Source of the DNA: Candidatus Zhuqueibacterota bacterium
Lineage (GTDB): Bacteria; Zhuqueibacterota; Zhuqueibacteria; Thermofontimicrobiales; Thermofontimicrobiaceae
Reading direction: 5' to 3'
Assembly (NCBI GenBank): GCA_049322915.1
Contig: JBMOPW010000004.1
Coordinates: 1-64,000, forward strand
Length of the DNA stretch: 64,000 nucleotides
The notes under the pieces are model-generated. The model searched no databases and was not told where the DNA came from. It was given only the letters and a program-made list of their open reading frames with translations. Position numbers and translations under genes: made by a program. Positions 19,377 through 29,853 of this stretch are shown piece after piece. How positions within the stretch are numbered: position 1 is the stretch's first letter; every line of letters begins with the position of its first letter.

Positions 19377-22028
19377 TCACTTCAAATAAATCATCCGTCG
19401 GGTTTGTTTAAATGTTCCACTGGTCATCTGGTAAAAATAAAGGCCGGAGGGTACGTGGGCGCCTCGTTCATCGCGGCCATCCCAGGATATCCGATGCAGT
19501 CCGGCGGGCTGGAACGCAGTTGCAAGCCTTTTCACCAGTTCGCCCTGAATGTCATAAATCTGAATGGTCACAACGCCGGGTTGCGCCAGACTATACTGAA
19601 TATTCGTCCTTCCATTAAACGGATTCGGGTAATTTTGGTTCAGCGACCAATTCGTCAAAACGGATGGCGACTCAGTAACGCCGGAGAGGGCAATGTCAAA
19701 GGACCAACCGGCAACTGTGGTGAAGCCGGGATTGTTCCGCACCATGACTTTCACCTGATGCGTCCCGGGCAGAAGATCGACGTCCGGGACAAAGGTGATT
19801 TTCGAGGCAGCGATGGTGCTGCGCTGGGTGATATTTTCGCCGTCCAGAAAAAACTTCAGGGAATCCAGTTCAATGCCGAAATAGTCGTCTTTGAATCGGA
19901 CACTGATTTGCGGTCTGGCGGTGCTAACAATGGATTCCATCGAAGGTTCGAATCCATAAATATGAGGATAGCCTTTCAGCACAAATAATTTATAGGCGCG
20001 GTTATTGGACTCTGACGTCTCTTTGACGGAGTCCTCCTTGTCGATGAACGCCCCCAGCGCGTATTTCTTGCTGATCAGGGAATCCGGCAATTTGATGAAA
20101 GTGGAAATGATCTGGGTGTCGACCGGGGCTAATTGCGTGACAGCCAGTTTTCCCAGGAAATAATCGCTATCGCTGAAATAATTGTTCGGGGATAAATAAA
20201 AACTGATGGCAGTCGAATCAACGTTATCGAAACCGAAATTGTACACAGAGGTCTCAAATGGCACCACATCGCCCACCGTCAATGTGTCGGCCAGTTCGAA
20301 CGGTGCAATGGACAGGTCTTTCCCTGCCTGCATGTAAATAAGGCAATGGACGATGTTCAAATTGGAGTGCCCGCTGTTGTAACCAGGCCAGTCATAGATG
20401 ACATTTTTTCCGGAGTAATTCACGTAGCCGCTGTTCTTGTTGCCGTAGGGATCATTGATAACGACGCTGTGCTGCGTTTGATTATAGCCAATGCCCAGCA
20501 CGTAGTGACCGGCTGTCGTGAGGCTATTCAGGATGACGACCGGATATAAATTATCCGTCTCAGTGCACAGCTTGGTATACGTGGGATCCCAATCGACCGA
20601 AGAAGCGACGCCATGCTGGTTGGCGTATTTTGCCATATTGGATTTTGTATCCTGCCAATTATTCTGAATGATAAAACCATAGCCGCCGTAGGCCATCGTG
20701 CTGCTGGCGTCGAGGCCGCCGATGTTGTATGTGTAATTATTGAACGTATAAATTTCGCAGATATATCGGCCGTAATCGCTCGTGTGGAAGTAAGGATAGG
20801 AGCAGTTGCACGACCAGGCCGGCAAAATTTTATAATAGGCCAGCGCCATCATGGCCGATGTGGCGCCACAGGCCCAGTCGCCATTGAACCAGTCCGGCGT
20901 ATCATAAACCTGGTGCAGATAGGGTGCGTCGAACGATTGGATGGTCATTTGTTCGAACCGGGACTCTGTCTGCGGCGATTGCGATTCCGAGCCAGACAGC
21001 GGCGCTGAACAATCCTGAATGGGGTAGCTCTGTACCGGTGAAAGAGTTAGCTTTTTCACATCGAATGAATCCACAGCAATGTGCCTGTCGGACAGATAAA
21101 TCAGTCGTCCGGAAGCGGTTGAAAAATGCGGATGAGTGACATTCCCTTTCCACGATGTCTGAACTTGCTGCTTCACGTTTCCATTGAACTTAGTCACGTA
21201 AATTTGCGACGAGACAATTTGATAGTGGTCATCCCAGACTTCCCGGCAGTACAGCAGTTCATCGTTTGTCTGCCAATGGCCGGAACTGCCTCGATCGATC
21301 TCGTACAGCTTCCCGGACGGAACATCGTAAGTGTAGAGGTAGCCGGTGAGACTGGAACAGATCATTCTATCGCTGGATGGCGACCACTGCGGATCGAAAA
21401 ATCCACCTGGCCCGTTCGTGATTTGTTTCGTAGCGCCATTGTCCAGAGTGAGAAGCCAGAGCTGGTCGTGTTCATCGTTGAAGATGACTTTCTTGCCATC
21501 CGGCGAAATGGGCGCGAGGTTGGCATAATGACCGAGGTTGATTGCGTGCAGAGGCCTGAGGTCTTTATCCACAATGATCAGTTGCTCCCCGACGGTGAAA
21601 GCGATTTTACCGTCGTTTGAAAATGTCGGTACGCCTGTGGCCATAGTCTCGGGATGAACCGGAATGATTTTGCTGGCTGCGACATCGTAAAACACAGGCT
21701 GTTGGGCGCCGTTCTCGTGAATCAGTTTGAACCCGATGCGCTGTCCATCCTGCGACCAGTTGGCGCGATAGCCGGCGCCGGCTGCTGTGCTGATAACGAT
21801 AGCCTGATCGGAGCCGACTGTTTTAAGCGCCAGCCCGTTGTAATCCGCGCCGCAGTAAATGAATCGGGCGCCGTCCGGTGAAAGGCGCGGCTGAACAATA
21901 GCTGGCAGAAACGAAGTCATCGACGAAATCGCCTGGCTCTGACTAAAAAGCGCTGTGCGCAGCAGGATGAAGAAGAGAAGGAAGAAAAAAAGTTGTTTCG
22001 GATGAGAAGGGAAACGATTATACTTCAT
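19377..22028 (-). CDS. Secreted multidomain protein: TolB-like propeller, C39-like peptidase, CARDB/Ig, FlgD-Ig/T9SS-type C-terminal domain
   Basis: SPDG/WSQDG repeats; CGATSAMM, GHYVL and NDPYG catalytic-like motifs; ETSESNN; C-terminal QNYPNPFN..WDG..SGLYFY. Confidence 0.8.
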   Translation of the reverse strand: MKYNRFPSHPKQLFFFLLFFILLRTALFSQSQAISSMTSFLPAIVQPRLSPDGARFIYCGADYNGLALKTVGSDQAIVISTAAGAGYRANWSQDGQRIGFKLIHENGAQQPVFYDVAASKIIPVHPETMATGVPTFSNDGKIAFTVGEQLIIVDKDLRPLHAINLGHYANLAPISPDGKKVIFNDEHDQLWLLTLDNGATKQITNGPGGFFDPQWSPSSDRMICSSLTGYLYTYDVPSGKLYEIDRGSSGHWQTNDELLYCREVWDDHYQIVSSQIYVTKFNGNVKQQVQTSWKGNVTHPHFSTASGRLIYLSDRHIAVDSFDVKKLTLSPVQSYPIQDCSAPLSGSESQSPQTESRFEQMTIQSFDAPYLHQVYDTPDWFNGDWACGATSAMMALAYYKILPAWSCNCSYPYFHTSDYGRYICEIYTFNNYTYNIGGLDASSTMAYGGYGFIIQNNWQDTKSNMAKYANQHGVASSVDWDPTYTKLCTETDNLYPVVILNSLTTAGHYVLGIGYNQTQHSVVINDPYGNKNSGYVNYSGKNVIYDWPGYNSGHSNLNIVHCLIYMQAGKDLSIAPFELADTLTVGDVVPFETSVYNFGFDNVDSTAISFYLSPNNYFSDSDYFLGKLAVTQLAPVDTQIISTFIKLPDSLISKKYALGAFIDKEDSVKETSESNNRAYKLFVLKGYPHIYGFEPSMESIVSTARPQISVRFKDDYFGIELDSLKFFLDGENITQRSTIAASKITFVPDVDLLPGTHQVKVMVRNNPGFTTVAGWSFDIALSGVTESPSVLTNWSLNQNYPNPFNGRTNIQYSLAQPGVVTIQIYDIQGELVKRLATAFQPAGLHRISWDGRDERGAHVPSGLYFYQMTSGTFKQTRRMIYLK

Positions 22029-22221
22029 GCCGATGTGCTCTCGATTTGGTTAAGATTCCGGACTTTATTTCAATGGGTCTTAAATGTATCATAAAACAAT
22101 AATAAATGCAACAAATAATTTGGCTGATTTTTTTGGTTGTTTCAGAGGAGATTAGTTCTTATATTATATCGGTTTTTTTGAGAAAAAATCTCGGGTTGAA
22201 GTATTTTGAATTGGAGAAAGT

Positions 22222-22629
22222 ATGAGCGAGTCTTCTGAGAAAATGATTCGATTGGATAAATGGTTGAAGATTAGTCGACTCATCAGGGCGCGCACCAAAG
22301 CCAGTGAAGCGTGCGGCCAGGGACGGGTGAAGGTGAACGATCAGGTGGCAAAAGCCTCGAAGTTAGTGAAAATCGGAGATAAAATCTCCATCAAATTCCG
22401 GGAGCGAACCCGGACGTTTGACGTGCTGGACATCCAGCAGAAAAACGTCAAGATTGCTGATGCGGCGCTATTGTATCACGAGCATGAGATGACCCCGGAA
22501 GAAAAAGAAGCGGAAGATATTCGGAATCTGTTCTACCAGGCGACCCGGCTGCAGCGCCCGAAATTCAAAGGACGTCCCACGAAAAAGGATAGGCGCGAAT
22601 TGGATAAACTGCGCGGACAGGAGGAGTAG
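22222..22629 (+). CDS. hslR: S4-domain ribosome-associated heat shock protein Hsp15-like
   Basis: RLDKWL, GRVKVN, KGRPTKKDRR motifs. Confidence 0.85.
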   Translation: MSESSEKMIRLDKWLKISRLIRARTKASEACGQGRVKVNDQVAKASKLVKIGDKISIKFRERTRTFDVLDIQQKNVKIADAALLYHEHEMTPEEKEAEDIRNLFYQATRLQRPKFKGRPTKKDRRELDKLRGQEE

Positions 22630-23047
22630 TTCGTCCGACGCGAGAATGACAAAGGACGGGAAAGAAATTTCAACTGCCGGTCGGCGTTCCCCCACCTCAA
22701 TGCGAAAGCCACTTGATCACGCTGGATATTCATCCAGCGCGGGCAATAGCCTGGACGAATGCCCCCGAACATGCGCACCGTTCGGGATGAATATCCCGAA
22801 CGATCCCGAAATGTAATCTGATGCGCGATGCGGGGCGTTGACTTCACATGGACTCGCCTCTGCCCTGAGCGATTGGCGTATTGGAGCTTTCCAATTCAAT
22901 CATCGGGGAAATAGTAAACCAGTTTGTGGTTCACGCTGCTTTTCGATCAGGGAAAATAGCGTCGAATCCTGATTTCATGGAGCGCAGTTCCAAAGAAGAG
23001 TAGCCCGGCAGCTACATTCACCCAAAACTCATTTCAGAGAAAATTTT

Positions 23048-24052
23048 ATGCAGCGTTTATCGATACCACCGCTTGTTTCCGGCGGACTGATTTTATCCTA
23101 CACGTGCACCAGCGCATGCCAGCATTGCGTCTATGCATCGTCTCCAAAGTGGCGCGGCTGGATGAGCGAAGCAGAGGCCGGGCAGGTGATCGCCCAGATC
23201 GGCGAGCACGCTCCAGATCAACGCGGACTCCACATCGGCGGCGGCGAACCGTTTCTGAATTTCGACCTGGTCCTTCGAGCGGTGGAAATGTGCATTGAGG
23301 CTAATGTGCCCATTCAGTACGTGGAGACAAACGCGTCCTGGTGCGTGGATGATGATCTTGCATACGCTCAATTGACAGATCTGAGGGATTCAGGATTGCC
23401 GGCTATCCTGATCAGCGTCTCTCCGTTTCACAATGAATTCATTCCGTTTGAACGAACCAATCGCGCCATCGAAATTGCCCGCTCCATCTACGGCCACTAC
23501 AATGTCTTGGTGTACACTCAGTATTTCTATGAACAATTGCAGCAACACGAAGCAACCGGGAAAATCCCGCTGAGCCGGTACCTGAATACCGTTGGCCATG
23601 AGAACGCTGCCCGGTCGTTTTTGCAGTTTTATGATTTGATCCCGTGTGGCAGGACTGTCTCGCGATTGAATTTTCTCTATCAGAAAAATCCGGCAGATGC
23701 TTTTTTCAACACTAACTGCCTGGTAGAAATGACCAACCCGGAGCATGTGCACATCAATCTTTATGGAAATTACATTCCCAGTTTTTGCGCAGGGTTATCG
23801 CTGGGCAAATCGTGGGATCTGGGACGTATCTATGCCGGGATCGATCTGTCAGCGCTGCCAATCATTGAGATATTGGTGGATAGCGGCGTGGAGGGATTGT
23901 TGAAATTTGCGCAGGACCAGTTCGATTACCGCGTCCGCGAGGACGGCTACATGGCGAAATGCCACTTGTGCCAGGACATTCGCGCGCACATTGTGTCGCT
24001 GACCGACCAGTTCGAAGAGCTGGCGCCCATTGATTTTTATCGGAATTTGTAG
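23048..24052 (+). CDS. Radical SAM protein
   Basis: CTSACQHC (CxxxCxxC), GGEPFL, ETNASW; C-terminal CHLC. Confidence 0.88.
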   Translation: MQRLSIPPLVSGGLILSYTCTSACQHCVYASSPKWRGWMSEAEAGQVIAQIGEHAPDQRGLHIGGGEPFLNFDLVLRAVEMCIEANVPIQYVETNASWCVDDDLAYAQLTDLRDSGLPAILISVSPFHNEFIPFERTNRAIEIARSIYGHYNVLVYTQYFYEQLQQHEATGKIPLSRYLNTVGHENAARSFLQFYDLIPCGRTVSRLNFLYQKNPADAFFNTNCLVEMTNPEHVHINLYGNYIPSFCAGLSLGKSWDLGRIYAGIDLSALPIIEILVDSGVEGLLKFAQDQFDYRVREDGYMAKCHLCQDIRAHIVSLTDQFEELAPIDFYRNL

Positions 24053-24408
24053 GAGCGCCGACCGACCGAATATCGGAATGAGCCGGTATGGCCTGAGTAT
24101 TGGACGCAGTACCCCTGTTTCCTGCGCGCAACTACTCAGCCGCGAAGCCTCAAATGCGCCAAGAAAAAAAATTTCTAAAATACCCGATTCTGAAAAGCTG
24201 AAATTGGTATTAATAAAAGTATTGAATATTGCATTAAAAGATGGAATTAAAAAAAGGACATCATCGTGTCACTTGGTGACTTGGTATCTTCGCGACAAAA
24301 ATACATGCCTGAATAGTTGCCCCTGCGCCGCCTGACGAAATGAATTCCGGCCAACGGAATAGCCTGTGGGCAGCGGTCAGAATTTTTCAGACCATCCGCC
24401 TGCATTGC

Positions 24409-25524
24409 TCAGTCCTCCTCCGTCAGGTAGCCCAGCCCCAATTTCTTGAGCCTCTCTTTATCGAGTTCCCCGGTTTCAATGCTGTCAATGTACCGCTCGA
24501 ATTCCACCGGGAGCGTGCCCAGAGTGGCGCTGAAGCCTGGCCGCTCGCCGCTGGCATCGACCTGCGTCATTTGTGTGGTGAGATAAAATACCTGCGGAAA
24601 CAGGCCTTCGATGTGGCGCGAATCCAGCTTGATCAGGGTCTCGTGACTCACATTGCTCAGCGTCAGACTCACCAATGCCTGGTCCAGGTCTGGCGTGGAC
24701 ATCTTTTCCATCGCAGCATAGATGAGATTTGCATTGAGCGAGCGGCAGTCAATGGGTCCCAATTTAACCATGGGGCGCGCCGGCGTTGCAATGAAAGTCG
24801 TCGTCGTAGCAGCCAGGTCAACGAGGACAAAACCGTTGATATTGCCGGTTTCATTGAAGCTGGTTTTTTCCGTGGAGCCGGAATAGACAATCGTCGGACT
24901 GATTTCAAGATGCCGATGATAATGGCCAAGCGCGATATAGTCGAATCGAATGTCCAGCATTTTATCAAGATCCGGGAGTAACTGCTCATTGAATTCGCCC
25001 ATGGAGTATGTTTTTTGTCCGGCCCAGGAACCGTGGGTGACCAGCACGTGATATTTCAGCGCCGGGTCGGCTTTGATTTTTTCAAACTCGGTTTTCAATG
25101 TCTCGGAGAGCGAGCAATGGGGGATGCAATGAATTTCGCAGTCACCGATTTTAAAACATTCATACATGCCGGAGAAAGCTGCGTGAACCTGGGGGAATAG
25201 CGAGATGGCTTCGAAAATCGAGCCGGTGGCGCGAATCTTTGGCGTGGAATGATTGCCGGAAATGAGAATGAATGGAATGCCGCGCTCGCTCACGCGCTGA
25301 ATTCCTTCCATGGCCACAGCAATGGCTCGGTTCGTCGGGCGCGTCGTGTGAAATAAATCGCCGGCGTGGACGACAAAGTCCGGCGACAGTTCCAGCACGC
25401 GATCGATGACATGGAACCAGGCATTGTAAAAATCCTGTTCCCGTTGATTGATGCCCGTCGACGGGTCGATTTTGTGATAATCAGAAAAACCCAGATGGGT
25501 ATCGGATAAGTGAATGAATTTCAT
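24409..25524 (-). CDS. sbcD: SbcD/Mre11-family DNA repair exonuclease
   Basis: Metallophosphoesterase motifs DTHLG, GDLFH, GNHS, ALGHYH, YSGSTE. Confidence 0.85.
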   Translation of the reverse strand: MKFIHLSDTHLGFSDYHKIDPSTGINQREQDFYNAWFHVIDRVLELSPDFVVHAGDLFHTTRPTNRAIAVAMEGIQRVSERGIPFILISGNHSTPKIRATGSIFEAISLFPQVHAAFSGMYECFKIGDCEIHCIPHCSLSETLKTEFEKIKADPALKYHVLVTHGSWAGQKTYSMGEFNEQLLPDLDKMLDIRFDYIALGHYHRHLEISPTIVYSGSTEKTSFNETGNINGFVLVDLAATTTTFIATPARPMVKLGPIDCRSLNANLIYAAMEKMSTPDLDQALVSLTLSNVSHETLIKLDSRHIEGLFPQVFYLTTQMTQVDASGERPGFSATLGTLPVEFERYIDSIETGELDKERLKKLGLGYLTEED

Positions 25525-25785
25525 CGACAACTCCCGAATTGAAAATTGAAGAACAGATATTCGACAGGAAAATCGCTGCTGCTTTGGCTGGTTGCCATCC
25601 TTCCTTCCGTCCTTTGATAATTGGACGAGATCAGGTCGGAAAGTCTATTTTCATTTCAAAAGATGAGAATTAAAATTGGCATTTCAATTTAATACTATAA
25701 TCTTTTGAATACAAGAATAAAATTTCAAACATGAAATTGACCTCCCAAACAGGGGTTGATTATTTTGCAACATTCGACATTTTTC

Positions 25786-25814
25786 TTGACAATAAAGGGA
25801 TAATAGGTTATATT
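25786..25814 (+). promoter_or_regulatory. Sigma70 promoter
   Basis: TTGACA-17 bp-TATATT. Confidence 0.7.
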
Positions 25815-25858
25815 AGCGGATTCAATTGAAACCATTGAACACCAAAAATCAGGAAAAA

Positions 25859-26434
25859 ATGCTCGATTATAGAACTATTGAAATCAAGCGATTAGTTAAT
25901 ACTGACGGTCAGGAAGCGAATGTCCATTTGTTTGAACGGAGATTGGGTTTGGACCTGCTTCAAAAGGTGGAGCAACTCGCCGCAGAACTGGAACCGCCGG
26001 TCGTTTTTTATCTTGATTTTAGTGATGTCTCTTCAATTGATTTTTCCTGCGCCGATGAATTTTTGGGCAAACTCATTTCCAGGTCAATTTCTGACGAATA
26101 CGGGAGGCACTATTTTGTCCTGCAGCAATTGAACGAAAATCATCAGGAAAATATTCAGGTCGCCCTGGACCGCAGAAAGGTCGCCTGTCTTCATCGCCAT
26201 TCACAGTCCACGTGGAGCTTGTTGGGTCATACGAAAACTTACCTGGTGGAGACGCTGAATATTGTGATGGAGCGGGGGCAAATCACAGCCAGGGAGTTAG
26301 GTGATTTGCTGAACCTGGAACTCACGACGAGCAGCACTCGTTTATTTCATTTATTCAAGGCGCATCTTGTGTACCGAAAACAGGACATTGTTGATGGCGG
26401 GGGCCATGAATATATTTATTTCAAACTGTTTTAG
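25859..26434 (+). CDS. STAS-like (DUF4325-like) plus winged-helix protein, putative regulator
   Basis: LDFSDVSSIDFSCADEF STAS-like segment; C-terminal ITARELGDLLNLELTTSSTRL..LVYR..GGHEYIY wHTH. Confidence 0.6.
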   Translation: MLDYRTIEIKRLVNTDGQEANVHLFERRLGLDLLQKVEQLAAELEPPVVFYLDFSDVSSIDFSCADEFLGKLISRSISDEYGRHYFVLQQLNENHQENIQVALDRRKVACLHRHSQSTWSLLGHTKTYLVETLNIVMERGQITARELGDLLNLELTTSSTRLFHLFKAHLVYRKQDIVDGGGHEYIYFKLF

Positions 26435-26488
26435 TCGATAACAAAAATTAAAGAACAGAGTACATTTAAAAAAACTCAGGAGAGGAGT

Positions 26489-27607
26489 ATGGCGAAATAC
26501 AAAATAGCCTGGTTGCCCGGCGATGGTGTCGGAAACGACGTGATGGACGCTGCTAAAATTGTGCTGGACGCTTTCAAGTTCGATGCGGAATATGTCCGCG
26601 GTGATATTGGGTGGGAGTTCTGGTGCAAAGAAGGGGACCCACTTCCGAAACGTACAATTGACATGCTGAAGACCACGAACTGTGCATTGTTTGGCGCTAT
26701 TACCTCCAAACCAAAAGAAGAAGCAGCAAAAGAACTGGCTCCGGAATTGCAGGGCAAAGGGTATGTGTACGCAAGTCCAATCGTTCGGCTCAGGCAGGAG
26801 TTTAATTTGCGGACAAACCTGCGGCCGTGCAAAGCGTACGTTGGGAATCCGTTGAATTATCGGGACGGCATCGATATCACCGTATTTCGGGAAAACACCG
26901 AAGACCTTTATGCCGGTGTGGAATTTCACCCGGTGCCGAAAGATGTGGTGGACGTCCTGAATAAAAATCATCCGAAGATGAAACGATTCGCAGCGGTAAA
27001 TCCTGAGGATATTGCCATTTCATTGAGAATAATCACGCGCGCCGCTGCCCAGAATATCATCCGCGATGCGTTCGAATACGCCAAAAAATATGGCAAGAAA
27101 AATGTGACCATCGTCGAGAAACCCAATGTTATCCGGGAAACGAGCGGATTGATGATCCGTGAAGCCCGGAAAATCGCGCGAGACTATCCCGGCATTGAAC
27201 TGTGGGAGACGAATATCGACGCCCAATGCATGTGGCTCCTGAAAAATCCTGAAGACTACAGTGTGCTGGTGACGTCCAATATGTTCGGAGATATCATTTC
27301 AGATTTAGCAGCGCAACTGGTCGGCGGCCTGGGATTTGCAAGCAGCGGTAATATTGGCGACAACTATGCCGTATTCGAACCCACGCACGGCTCGGCGCCC
27401 AAATATGCCGGCATGTACAAAGTAAATCCAGTCGCCATGTTGCTGTCAGTGAAATTGATGTTCGATTGGCTTGGCGAGACCGAGTCCGGGCTGCGGCTGG
27501 AAAATGCATTAGCCAAAGTGATTCACGAGGGCAAGGTGCGAACGTATGACATGGGCGGGAAATCTACCACGCTGGAAGTTGCCGAGGAAGTAGCCCGCAA
27601 GCTGTAA
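26489..27607 (+). CDS. Isocitrate/isopropylmalate dehydrogenase family protein
   Basis: LPGDGVG, RENTEDLY, NMFGDIISD, FEPTHGSAP; substrate not assignable by eye. Confidence 0.9.
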   Translation: MAKYKIAWLPGDGVGNDVMDAAKIVLDAFKFDAEYVRGDIGWEFWCKEGDPLPKRTIDMLKTTNCALFGAITSKPKEEAAKELAPELQGKGYVYASPIVRLRQEFNLRTNLRPCKAYVGNPLNYRDGIDITVFRENTEDLYAGVEFHPVPKDVVDVLNKNHPKMKRFAAVNPEDIAISLRIITRAAAQNIIRDAFEYAKKYGKKNVTIVEKPNVIRETSGLMIREARKIARDYPGIELWETNIDAQCMWLLKNPEDYSVLVTSNMFGDIISDLAAQLVGGLGFASSGNIGDNYAVFEPTHGSAPKYAGMYKVNPVAMLLSVKLMFDWLGETESGLRLENALAKVIHEGKVRTYDMGGKSTTLEVAEEVARKL

Positions 27608-27669
27608 AGCGCATCGTCGAATTTTAAATCATTGTCATTTTAAAAGTATCTTATAATTTGGTGGAAGTG

Positions 27670-29832
27670 ATGTCGAGAAAAGTGAAATTAGCAATTGGGA
27701 TTCATAATCACCAGCCGGTTGGCAATTTTGATTTTGTCTTTGAAGAGGCTTACCACAAGGCTTATTTGCCATTTCTGAATATCCTTGAAAAGCACCCGAA
27801 GATAAAGATTGCCCAGCATTTCACCGGTGTTTTATTTGAATGGTTGTTGCAACGCGACCCACAATTTGGTCCCCGTCTCCGCGCGCTCGTTCAATCGGGA
27901 CAGGTGGAAATGATGAGTGGAGGGTATTACGAGCCAATTCTCGTCAATATCCCGGACGAGGACAAATTGGGGCAAATCCAAAAATTGAATGATTTTATCA
28001 AAGAGCATACCGGGTATGAGCCAAAGGGAATCTGGTTGGCGGAACGAATTTGGGAGCCGCAGTTGCCAAAGCCGATCTCGCAAAGCGGCGCTAAATACGT
28101 GGTGATTGACGATTCTCACTTCAAGTCCGCCGGTCTGGAAGAGAAGGATCTGTTCGGTTATTACGTCACCGAAGAGACGGGCCATGTCATCAATCTCTTC
28201 CCGATCAGCGAGCAACTTCGCTACACTATCCCGTTTCAGAATCCGGAAGTGACGATCGATTATCTGCGTTCGATTGCCACGGAGAATGGAGATAAGCTGG
28301 CAGTCTTCGCCGATGATGGAGAGAAATTTGGAATCTGGCCCGGCACGTACAAGCACTGCTACGAAGACCGCTGGATGGAACGGTTCTTCTCGTTGCTGGA
28401 GGCCAATCTGGATTGGATTGAACTGGTTCATTTCTCGGAAGTGATCGAGACCATGGCGCCGGCTGGTCGCGTGTATCTGCCAACCGCCTCGTATCGGGAA
28501 ATGATGGAATGGGCGATGCCCGCCCGGGCAATCGAGCGTTACGAAAGTTTCGAACAGCGACTGAAACAACACACCATGTACGATGAGTACAAGGTTTTTG
28601 TGCGCGGTGGATTCTGGCGAAATTTTCTGGCCAAGTATCCTGAGTCAAATAACCTTCACAAAAAATCGCTCTGGGTGAGCAATAAAATTCAGAAACTTAT
28701 GGGAGATAAAAAATACGACCAGACGTTATTGAGCCAGGCTCAGGATAATTTATGGGCCGGACAAACGAATTGCCCCTATTGGCACGGCGTCTTTGGCGGA
28801 TTGTATCTGAACAATTTACGCTACGCGGTGTACAATCGCATGATCAAAGCCGAAGCCATTCTGGATCAACTGACGCGGACAAATTCCACCTACGAGAAAG
28901 GCTGGGTCGATGTTCAGTCGGCAGATCTGGACGCCGATGGAAATGACGAATTGATTATCGAATCGAAATTCTATAATCTTTATTTTTCGCCGCAAATTGG
29001 CGGAACCTTATTTGAGCAGGATTATAAACCAAAGGCCGTGAATCTCCTGGATACGATGACGCGCCGCAAGGAAGCTTACCATGCGAAATTGCTGCAGATC
29101 AATGAAAATAAAAACGATCATTCCGGAGTGGCCAGTATCCATGATCTGGTTGTTGCTAAAGAACCTGGCCTGGCGCAGCGGTTAAAATATGACTGGTATC
29201 GACGCTCCTCCTTCATCGATCATTTCTTTGCCCAGCAAACAACATTGGAGGAGGTGGCCAATTGTGAGTATCGCGAACTCGGCGATTTTGTAACCAGTCC
29301 GTTTGGGTATGAAACTGCACAGAATCCCAATGGTTTAAAAATCAGACTTGCGCGCGAAGGGGTTGTCATTGTTGAAAATGCCAGGCGGAATATTTCCCTT
29401 GTCAAAGCGATCCAGGTGAATCGCGCATCAGCCGAGCTGGGTATTCGGTATGAAATAACAAATCTCGATCAGGCTCCGTTGCACCTGTGGTTTGGCATTG
29501 AATTCAATTTTGCGCTGTTAGCGGGTAATGCGCCGGACCGATATTATTATTTCGATCAAAAATTTGACGGCGAAAAAATTCTCGCGAGCAAAGGCAGCGT
29601 GGACAACGTGAGCGCAATGGGTCTTATTGATGAGTGGATGAAACTTGATATCCAGCTTGCGTATAATAGGCCTGCGACTGTCTGGCGTTTCCCGATTGAG
29701 ACAATCAGCCAATCCGAGGGCGGATTCGAGCGCGTTTACCAGAGCTCGGTGGTGCTGCCCAACTGGCAGATAAGTCTCAAGGAGAAAGAGACATGGTCGA
29801 TTGAAATCACCCAAAAAGTAATTGATTTATAA
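27670..29832 (+). CDS. GH57 alpha-amylase/4-alpha-glucanotransferase
   Basis: HNHQP, WLAERIW, DDGEKFG, YWHGVFGGLY, C-terminal SQSEGGFERVYQ. Confidence 0.93.
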   Translation: MSRKVKLAIGIHNHQPVGNFDFVFEEAYHKAYLPFLNILEKHPKIKIAQHFTGVLFEWLLQRDPQFGPRLRALVQSGQVEMMSGGYYEPILVNIPDEDKLGQIQKLNDFIKEHTGYEPKGIWLAERIWEPQLPKPISQSGAKYVVIDDSHFKSAGLEEKDLFGYYVTEETGHVINLFPISEQLRYTIPFQNPEVTIDYLRSIATENGDKLAVFADDGEKFGIWPGTYKHCYEDRWMERFFSLLEANLDWIELVHFSEVIETMAPAGRVYLPTASYREMMEWAMPARAIERYESFEQRLKQHTMYDEYKVFVRGGFWRNFLAKYPESNNLHKKSLWVSNKIQKLMGDKKYDQTLLSQAQDNLWAGQTNCPYWHGVFGGLYLNNLRYAVYNRMIKAEAILDQLTRTNSTYEKGWVDVQSADLDADGNDELIIESKFYNLYFSPQIGGTLFEQDYKPKAVNLLDTMTRRKEAYHAKLLQINENKNDHSGVASIHDLVVAKEPGLAQRLKYDWYRRSSFIDHFFAQQTTLEEVANCEYRELGDFVTSPFGYETAQNPNGLKIRLAREGVVIVENARRNISLVKAIQVNRASAELGIRYEITNLDQAPLHLWFGIEFNFALLAGNAPDRYYYFDQKFDGEKILASKGSVDNVSAMGLIDEWMKLDIQLAYNRPATVWRFPIETISQSEGGFERVYQSSVVLPNWQISLKEKETWSIEITQKVIDL

Positions 29833-29853
29833 AACAAATTTATAGGTTGAATC

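Noticed and set aside
22630..23047. Possible pseudogene in the gap (also 33410-33720)
   Set aside because: No frame resembles a protein family I recognise.
24340..24981. Long antisense ORFs (also 3587-4237, 10603-11235, 26351-26971, 27832-28572)
   Set aside because: Shadow frames of well-supported genes on the opposite strand.
26489..27607. Assigning leuB or icd
   Set aside because: Substrate specificity cannot be determined by eye and no pathway genes are adjacent.
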